Shown piece after piece: positions 35,320 to 42,274 of a DNA stretch of 64,000 nt; the first letter of the stretch is position 1, and each line of letters starts with the position of its first letter. A model generated the notes under the pieces. It saw only the letters and a list, made by a program, of their open reading frames with translations. It was not told the origin of the DNA and ran no database searches. Position numbers and translations under genes: made by a program. Location: the IMG/VR virus record IMGVR_UViG_3300042473_000506; one strand, given 5' to 3'. This DNA is from a virus. Lineage: Duplodnaviria > Heunggongvirae > Uroviricota > Caudoviricetes.

Positions 35320-38300
35320 TTTCTAATAAGATTTTCGATCAGTGCGCCCATAATATTTTCAACATCTTCACCTACTGGCACACACTTGTCTTTACCGTTC
35401 TCAGTACCGTTGTAGCGATAATTTTTCCAACAGGCTTTACCATCAGCACCTTTTTTCTTAGCTTCGTCAACGGCATTCATCTTGTTTAATAGTTCCTGTG
35501 CCTTTTCAACACTGATCATATAACGACCAGTTCTATTAGGATCAGCGGCTTTTTGCAACCACTCTTTATTAAATCCTGCAGATGCTGCTGGTTTAACATC
35601 GCTAGGAGCGACCTGTGTTACATTGGGTTTGCCTGTTAAACGATTGATATTAGGATCATCGCCAGGTGTAACTCGAGCATTTGCTCCAGCGGACCCTAGT
35701 GCCATTGCACCTGCAAGTCCTAATCCTGCTAGTTTAGATCCAAGTCCTTCATCGACCTCTTCCGACATACCTTGCTGAAAAGATTTGAATACCACACGAG
35801 CAATTTCTTCAACATTCTTTGGAGATAGTTTTTTACCTAGCTGTTCTTTTGCCTGTTGATAGATATCGTTGATGTTTGGGTTTTCAAAGTTATTTTCGGA
35901 ATCCCAATATGTAAATGATACTTCTTCACCATTTACTGTGAGTGTGTAAATATTTTGATTAACATCAGTATCTAAGTCAACGAGCTCAACGCCTTGCGTC
36001 ACAGGCTTTTGAACCTGTTCAGGACCCACTACTCCCAAATACTTAACAGCATAGTCCAGTGCTCGTTTAACACCAGCTGGTCCTGCCAATGAATCAAACG
36101 CAGGCTGGCCACGTTTGAAATTGACCTGATCGCCAACTTCATCCCAGTCTCCGTGTGCTGTAATGTCTATCAACTCACGAGCCGAACCCGGAAATTCTTC
36201 AAATCGAGTCTGGCCCATTCTGCCCCACAAGTTAGGTAGGGCGGTGTGACGACCACGTGCATCTATGTATTCATTAGTCTCTTGATCACGCACATACGCA
36301 TGTACTACTGAGTGTCGGCTGATATCGTTTGAGATTTCTTCTTGTTCTTCTGGACTTAGATCGTTCCACTCATCATCATCCATTTGCATGTCCGGTGCGC
36401 CAGCAGACATGTTGTATTCCCAGATATATCCTATTGGATACCTCTTTGGATTATGCTGATTTATAGCAACGGCCAGTACCATGCATTGTCCTTCCATGTA
36501 GTCGGCTTGCGCCTCTGCTCGGTCAGCGTCTTCCGCCACATTGTAATCAGGCATAGGTCTTTGACCAGGGCGACCTTTAACTCCACGCTTCTCTGTGCTT
36601 GGTGGTTTCGTTGGAGGAACAATGTCACCCTGATTTCTATATGGCTGCGGAGCCTTTTTAGGATTGCGGACATCGATAGGAGACTGTGCTACTACGATAG
36701 GAGCACCTTCCGCCACACCTTTAGTATCGTTAGCAAACTGTTTCTTAGTTGCCTTGACAATGCCACTGAAACGCTTGTCGGCTTTTTTAGTGTTGCCTGC
36801 CTTGTCAGCAGCACTGGCTTGTGCGCCGGCAGCCTTCTTATACTGTCCTAACTTTTCATTGGACAACTCTGCAACAATCTGCTTCAATCCTGCTAACGCA
36901 CGACTTTCATTAACTTTAGGGTCCATGCCTAGTTCTTTCTGACTCTGCAAATAGTCCCAAACACTGACCAACATCATCTCGGCCTTGGCAATCTTTTCTT
37001 GTCCCCACTCTGGTAAGTTGTCGTTGTTCTTGATTGTTTTTAACAAGCCATCAACAGCACGAGCCATAGTGCGTAGATTGCTCTGCGCCATTCCTGCTTC
37101 GTCGTCGTATTCACTATTGAATTCTTCTTTCTTTAAATTGCCCCAATCGTCTTTCTCGCTAGAATACTTGCGGCTATTACGATCTGCTAATGCACCTTTC
37201 TCCATCTTGGCTCTGCGCTGTTCTCTATCACTGTCGAACTTAGCATACTTCTGTGCTTCGCGTCCTTGTGGATTGATTAGGTCTCTAACCATTTGACTGG
37301 TCGGCGCATTTTCAAACATTGGCGTTTTCTGTGTTCTAATCAATGCGTTAAATAATCTTTGTTCTGCAACCGGTACTGGTTGTGGTGCTGCTGCGGGCTG
37401 TTGAACAATGCCCATACCTTTTCTTGAGATGTCCATAAGATGTAGTATCCAATCTTTACCTAATTGTTGTGCGTTAAATCCCTGCGCCCATACTGCATAC
37501 TGCTGTTCCGGAGTAGCATTGGGATTTTTTAGAACATCGCGTAGTTTAGTAAAACTTATAGGTCGTGTTCTTGGGATAGTTTCCAAACCGACCTTAACAT
37601 GCTCGTAGCCCGGAAACTTATTAACAGCCTTCATTAGCGCACCTGCGATAGGCATGTCTTTACGATCTTCACCTACCATGATAACAATGTTGTCATACTT
37701 GGGAGGCTTGCCCGGCTGCGGACTGATCAATTCGTGTTTGACCTTTTGCATTAAACTTCCACCTTGCATTACAGCACCGATATTGTCAGCATACTGCGGA
37801 TATAGTTTATGCCATGTCTGTACCTTAACGTCTGTTGGGATAGGATCGTCTGCACCCACTGCATTGCCAATAAACAGGTAAGGATCACCGCCTAATTCGT
37901 TGGCCTTCTTAACAGTTTCGTTAAACAAGTCTTCGTGTCCTAGATGTCCTGCAAAACTACCAACTGCTACCACTGCGGTCTTTAGGGGACCTTGACGTTT
38001 TGCACCCGGTTGAGCCATTTTAGCAGCCATAGCCGACTTCATCTGCTGACTAGTGACTTTAAATATTTGACCGTTAGGCATATTAACAACAACACCTTCC
38101 ATGTTGTCGCCTAGCGCATCTTTGCCTGCTAATTTAGGATTATTAATAATAGCATCGCTTAGTGCTTGTTTAGCTTGATCGAACGCAGGCTTATTAGCTT
38201 TGTCTTTAGGATCTAAGTTTAGAATAGGATTAATAATCTTGCTGACGTTAATGCCTTTTTGTTCTAGATTATTACTGACAATTTTAATGTTGCTATCACT

Positions 38301-40136
38301 GGCTGCTAACAAACGCTTTTTGATCTTGTCAGCATCGGGTCTTTCGTCTCCTGTGCTGTATTGTTTGAATACAAAAGGCACCAGTGTCATCTGCTTGCCT
38401 AGCTTTTTAGGATCGTAAGGAATATTGACAAATTTTAGTCCTTGGTCAGTTTGTTGTGCCATGGGATTATACATCATTTCTGCTTGTACAATAGTGTCTG
38501 CAGGTAGTGATTGTATAAACTTGCTACCGGTAATCAATGCCAGTGCATTGTCATAATTCTTTGTTCTTGCCAATGTCTCTGCATCCTGACCTTTTTCTTG
38601 ACCAAAGCTGGTAAAATAACCTACATCATCTTGATACAATGGAGTAGTCACTTTGCTGGTCATGAAGAACGGACGACCACTTTGATCTTTACCGAATCGA
38701 ATGCCTGCGCCGTCTACTTTCAAACTGATAGGCACACCGTCAAGTTTGCCACCATTGTCTGCAATTGCCTTGGCAATTTCTAAGAAATCTGCATTCTTCA
38801 TTTCTGCTGTACTTACACGACCATCTGGCAGTCTGTTGTACAGGTGTTTGATACCTTGGCGAGCATAGTCTGGCTTTGCTGCTACTTCTGCTGCGGCATC
38901 TTCTGCTACTTCGGTACTGAGTGCATTTCCTCGTTTGGCATTGAACTGGTCTGCATAGTCCATTGCCATCTTAACTGCTTCTTGTCTTAGGCCTTGAGCA
39001 TTTGGTAAGTTTAGAGGCTTAACCCCTCCACCGCCTAGCAACATAGCATCTACTGCGGCAAACTTAACATCACGATCTCGAGCTGGATCATCTTTAGTAA
39101 TCATCTGTGCTCCGGGTCCAAATAGAATGTCTAGGAATGCACGAGTTACGGATTCAATTTGTTCAGGTTCAAACGACTTGTTCATTAGCTGTAGTGTTCC
39201 TACAAAGCTACCTTGCAAGTTTCGATCAGCAACACCACGCTTACGACCGAAGTTCATCTGGAACTGTTGGTCTAAATTTTGAATATAGTCGCGGTCTTTT
39301 GGATCCAGCAGTTGCATAACAGGAATGCCGTCTTTTTCCATATGCTGTCCTGTAGCAGGATCGATGTATGGCTTATACTTTATGCTCATGCCGCCGCCCT
39401 GAGAACTGCTGACTGCAAAACTGTAGTCGCTGTCTGTAACGGGAGCATCACTAATCTTAACACTTTTCTTAAGTACTCGGGCTACATACTTTTCACTGGA
39501 CTGTGCATGTGTTAGAGCACGGTTGATATATTTGTGGAATACACCTTTAATACCAGCAGCCATGTCATCATAGTGACTACTATGACTGTAGGCAAACCAT
39601 TCAGTTGGTGCATTTGTTTTAGCGTCATACGGACCTAATTCATAATCAACTTGAATACGAACCTGCGGATCATCTAGCAACCAAATGCTTGATAACGAAC
39701 TGTTAAATCCTAAGAATGTGCCGTTGCCAACTTTCTTACCAATAATACTCTTTAACCAAGCAGTGACTTCATCGCCCATATCCTGGTCAATCTGCGTGTC
39801 GATGTCGCCAACTTTTGTTTTCTTTAGTTTGTTTAAGAAGTCCTGTGTATTGATTCCCTTAACATCAAAGAATTGTAAGCTGCTACCACTGAGCATCTTT
39901 CCCGATGCCAATAGTTTTGGATCCCAAATATATTTGCCGTAGGCTGCTTTAAATGATTCGTTTTGTGCAGACAATAATTCTCGCAGTTGAGCCACCATGT
40001 GATCACGGTCGTGAATCTTTAGATCAATTTCTTCTGCTTCTTGATCAGCAGCACCTTGCCAACCTGGACTTTGACTTGATACATTGCCGCCTTCGAGCAA
40101 TGGTTTTTTATTTCTGATTAGGTCGAACAACTGCAT
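35316..40136 (-). CDS. 1606-aa multidomain polyprotein: Pol-beta-like nucleotidyltransferase + KxDG ligase-type domain + HxGH cytidylyltransferase-like domain + small modules
   Basis: LSGSS...GDIDTQID...IQVDYE; LKVDG...EGVVV...FKV; GSFAGHLGH...MVGEDR...PISFTKLR; then modules separated by hydrophobic-x-E junctions. Confidence 0.75.
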   Translation of the reverse strand: MQLFDLIRNKKPLLEGGNVSSQSPGWQGAADQEAEEIDLKIHDRDHMVAQLRELLSAQNESFKAAYGKYIWDPKLLASGKMLSGSSLQFFDVKGINTQDFLNKLKKTKVGDIDTQIDQDMGDEVTAWLKSIIGKKVGNGTFLGFNSSLSSIWLLDDPQVRIQVDYELGPYDAKTNAPTEWFAYSHSSHYDDMAAGIKGVFHKYINRALTHAQSSEKYVARVLKKSVKISDAPVTDSDYSFAVSSSQGGGMSIKYKPYIDPATGQHMEKDGIPVMQLLDPKDRDYIQNLDQQFQMNFGRKRGVADRNLQGSFVGTLQLMNKSFEPEQIESVTRAFLDILFGPGAQMITKDDPARDRDVKFAAVDAMLLGGGGVKPLNLPNAQGLRQEAVKMAMDYADQFNAKRGNALSTEVAEDAAAEVAAKPDYARQGIKHLYNRLPDGRVSTAEMKNADFLEIAKAIADNGGKLDGVPISLKVDGAGIRFGKDQSGRPFFMTSKVTTPLYQDDVGYFTSFGQEKGQDAETLARTKNYDNALALITGSKFIQSLPADTIVQAEMMYNPMAQQTDQGLKFVNIPYDPKKLGKQMTLVPFVFKQYSTGDERPDADKIKKRLLAASDSNIKIVSNNLEQKGINVSKIINPILNLDPKDKANKPAFDQAKQALSDAIINNPKLAGKDALGDNMEGVVVNMPNGQIFKVTSQQMKSAMAAKMAQPGAKRQGPLKTAVVAVGSFAGHLGHEDLFNETVKKANELGGDPYLFIGNAVGADDPIPTDVKVQTWHKLYPQYADNIGAVMQGGSLMQKVKHELISPQPGKPPKYDNIVIMVGEDRKDMPIAGALMKAVNKFPGYEHVKVGLETIPRTRPISFTKLRDVLKNPNATPEQQYAVWAQGFNAQQLGKDWILHLMDISRKGMGIVQQPAAAPQPVPVAEQRLFNALIRTQKTPMFENAPTSQMVRDLINPQGREAQKYAKFDSDREQRRAKMEKGALADRNSRKYSSEKDDWGNLKKEEFNSEYDDEAGMAQSNLRTMARAVDGLLKTIKNNDNLPEWGQEKIAKAEMMLVSVWDYLQSQKELGMDPKVNESRALAGLKQIVAELSNEKLGQYKKAAGAQASAADKAGNTKKADKRFSGIVKATKKQFANDTKGVAEGAPIVVAQSPIDVRNPKKAPQPYRNQGDIVPPTKPPSTEKRGVKGRPGQRPMPDYNVAEDADRAEAQADYMEGQCMVLAVAINQHNPKRYPIGYIWEYNMSAGAPDMQMDDDEWNDLSPEEQEEISNDISRHSVVHAYVRDQETNEYIDARGRHTALPNLWGRMGQTRFEEFPGSARELIDITAHGDWDEVGDQVNFKRGQPAFDSLAGPAGVKRALDYAVKYLGVVGPEQVQKPVTQGVELVDLDTDVNQNIYTLTVNGEEVSFTYWDSENNFENPNINDIYQQAKEQLGKKLSPKNVEEIARVVFKSFQQGMSEEVDEGLGSKLAGLGLAGAMALGSAGANARVTPGDDPNINRLTGKPNVTQVAPSDVKPAASAGFNKEWLQKAADPNRTGRYMISVEKAQELLNKMNAVDEAKKKGADGKACWKNYRYNGTENGKDKCVPVGEDVENIMGALIENLIRK

Positions 40137-40140
40137 TAAA

Positions 40141-40503
40141 TTATCCTAGATTGTATTTGTCTTTTTTAATATCTTCACGATAGTGATCGTATAGTCTCTT
40201 GCACATTTCTTCACGTAGGTCTTTGGGAAATACTTTGCCTAACTTGCCCTTCATTTCCTTGTACTCGTAATATTCTTTGCAACCTTTTTCCACCATGGGC
40301 ATAAACAATTCCAGCACCATTTCTGGGCCACACTCTTTTAGAGTTTTAAGTTTTTTAGCAATAGGAAAGAAGTAGTCTTTGTGCAGTTTATCGTGGTCAA
40401 CGATGTACCAGAAAAGATCATCGTCAAATTTTTCATCAGTTTGATCTTTTCTTTTGTTAGTGTTGAGGTCCATAGACCTACCGAAGAATTCTACTAGTTT
40501 CAT
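40141..40503 (-). CDS. Hypothetical protein (MKLVEF-type leader)
   Basis: 120 aa; TAAATA 7 nt upstream of the ATG. Confidence 0.7.
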   Translation of the reverse strand: MKLVEFFGRSMDLNTNKRKDQTDEKFDDDLFWYIVDHDKLHKDYFFPIAKKLKTLKECGPEMVLELFMPMVEKGCKEYYEYKEMKGKLGKVFPKDLREEMCKRLYDHYREDIKKDKYNLG

Positions 40504-40513
40504 AATCTAATAT

Positions 40514-41218
40514 TTACCCTTTTAACTTGGCTAAACCCAAAAACTCTAGCCCTTTAATGTACATCCAACCTATGTCAAATTCCCACCACTTCTGACTAAA
40601 CTTAGGATTTGCGATATCTGCATGGTGATTATTGTGCAATTCCTCACCGCCGATCCATATGCCCCATGGCATTAAATTTTTACTCTTATCTTTAGTGTCA
40701 GTATTGCGATATCCCCACCAATGTGCTAGTCCGTTTATTACACCTGCTGCAAAAAAAGGTATCCACAACATCTGTACACCCCATACTAAGAATCCCCACC
40801 AACCAAATAACAACACGTCTATAACCAACATTACGAGAATACCCAATCGGTGATGGGGTGTATAAAGTGTACGTTCAATCCAGTCTTTAGGAGTACCCAT
40901 TCCGTATTTCATAACCATGTCAGCATCACTGCCTGCTTGATTATAATACTTGACTCCTCTAAATACTAAATTCCAAATACCAAACACATGCGGACTGTGT
41001 GGATCACCTTCTACGTCAGTATTTTGATGATGTTTACGATGTACTGCCACCCATTGTTTAGTGGTCATACCTGTAGTGAGCCATAACCAGAAACGCATAG
41101 CGTGTGCCAGTACTGGGTGAAATTCAACGCCTCTGTGACTTTGACTGCGATGTAGATATAGTGTAACACACATTATAGTAATGTGTGTAAACAGTAACGT
41201 TATTAAAATTAAATTCAT
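40514..41218 (-). CDS. Membrane fatty-acid desaturase (delta-9 acyl-lipid/acyl-CoA type)
   Basis: His boxes HRSQSH, HRKHH and HNNHH; DPHSP; WWEFDIGW; TM segments. Confidence 0.95.
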   Translation of the reverse strand: MNLILITLLFTHITIMCVTLYLHRSQSHRGVEFHPVLAHAMRFWLWLTTGMTTKQWVAVHRKHHQNTDVEGDPHSPHVFGIWNLVFRGVKYYNQAGSDADMVMKYGMGTPKDWIERTLYTPHHRLGILVMLVIDVLLFGWWGFLVWGVQMLWIPFFAAGVINGLAHWWGYRNTDTKDKSKNLMPWGIWIGGEELHNNHHADIANPKFSQKWWEFDIGWMYIKGLEFLGLAKLKG

Positions 41219-41222
41219 AGTG

Positions 41223-41239
41223 TATTTACCCTATAAATA
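41223..41239. promoter_or_regulatory. Back-to-back divergent late-promoter boxes
   Basis: TAAATA on the - strand (41223-41228, 4 nt from the desaturase ATG) and TATAAATA on the + strand (41232-41239, 5 nt from ATG 41245). Confidence 0.6.
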
Positions 41240-41244
41240 TCATT

Positions 41245-41697
41245 ATGAGTATCAGCGACGACCCGCAATATTGGATCAACTTACAGTGGCCAGCGGCTCC
41301 TAATCAAGACGATTATTCTGTATTTTCTAGCTATTGTATAGGTCGTGTTTTACTGTTAGGTAGCACTCGACTGCTGTTGCCCTTGTGTACAGAAGCGTGG
41401 GACGTAAATCCTGTATATGATGACCCTAAAATCCAGTCTAGGGATTGGTTTACACTAGACAAACACTGGGATACTATTATCGTAGACGGTGCGTTAGCAT
41501 TTGGTAAAGATTACTGCGAGCAGTTGTTAAAAGCAGTATTGCCAAACTGTGATCGTTTTATTGCCCGTAGTTTCCTAAACCCTAACTGGCCCACTAAGTA
41601 TGCTCAATATTTTCCTAGAGCACACGAATTAACACCTGTTCCACAAGAACACCCCATCAACGAAGTTTATACATTTTACATATGGAACAACAAGTAA
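41245..41697 (+). CDS. Hypothetical protein (possible degenerate Rossmann/methyltransferase-like fold)
   Basis: VLLLGST..L, WDTIIVDGAL and FIARSF resemble class I MTase motifs I and IV; weak. Confidence 0.55.
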   Translation: MSISDDPQYWINLQWPAAPNQDDYSVFSSYCIGRVLLLGSTRLLLPLCTEAWDVNPVYDDPKIQSRDWFTLDKHWDTIIVDGALAFGKDYCEQLLKAVLPNCDRFIARSFLNPNWPTKYAQYFPRAHELTPVPQEHPINEVYTFYIWNNK

Positions 41698-42272
41698 TAT
41701 TAGCCATGTACTCAGGCGGCCTGGACAGCCTAGGTATGATCTACAAACTGTTAACAGAACCCGAGTATAAACACTATGTTCTACACATACATCACATACA
41801 CCATCACAATGTAGAACATAGAGATCGTGCTGAAGCTGTAGTTGTTGACCGTGTGCTGAAAGAATTAGAAAGTATGGGCTATAGTTTTATCTTCAGTGAA
41901 AGTGAGATAGGCTCACAGCCCTACAATGGGCAGTTCATGTATGACACAGACAGCATCAACTTCTTTGCTGGCTATATTTGCTCTGTTAATCCACGTATTG
42001 TACGAGTTGCTATGGGGATGCAGGCCAACGATCATAACCATAGTTTAGAGGAACGCAGAATACGTGCCAATGCTATACTGACAGCATTTACACCTGTGGA
42101 GAAAATATATCCTGTGTTAGATATGACCAAGCGTGAAATATACGATATGTTACCAGAAGGTTTGCGTAACATGTTTTGGTCGTGCCGGCGTCCAGTGTAC
42201 AGTGAAAAAAATATCGCACCTTGTCTAAAGTGCGATACTTGTGTGAAACTGCGTGAGCAGGGTATACGTTAA
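41682..42272 (+). CDS. queC: QueC-like PP-loop ATPase (7-cyano-7-deazaguanine synthase family)
   Basis: YSGGLDS PP-loop; C-terminal SCRRP...CLKCDTC Zn motif; shorter than canonical QueC. Confidence 0.72.
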   Translation: MEQQVILAMYSGGLDSLGMIYKLLTEPEYKHYVLHIHHIHHHNVEHRDRAEAVVVDRVLKELESMGYSFIFSESEIGSQPYNGQFMYDTDSINFFAGYICSVNPRIVRVAMGMQANDHNHSLEERRIRANAILTAFTPVEKIYPVLDMTKREIYDMLPEGLRNMFWSCRRPVYSEKNIAPCLKCDTCVKLREQGIR

Positions 42273-42274
42273 AC

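Larger units (their letters stand above)
32441..36722 (-). repeat. Dispersed in-frame 16-17-bp repeat CAAGGTGTGGCGGA(A/G)G encoding QGVAE
   Basis: Copies at 32441-32457, 32711-32727, 33191-33207, 33872-33888, 34124-34140, 35759-35774, 36530-36540 (partial) and 36706-36722; a 22-bp exact match is shared by 33190-33211 and 33871-33892. Confidence 0.9.

Noticed and set aside
32441-36722. QGVAE repeats as a CRISPR array
   Set aside because: Spacing is irregular (hundreds of nt), copies are in frame inside long ORFs, the repeat is not palindromic, and no cas genes are present.
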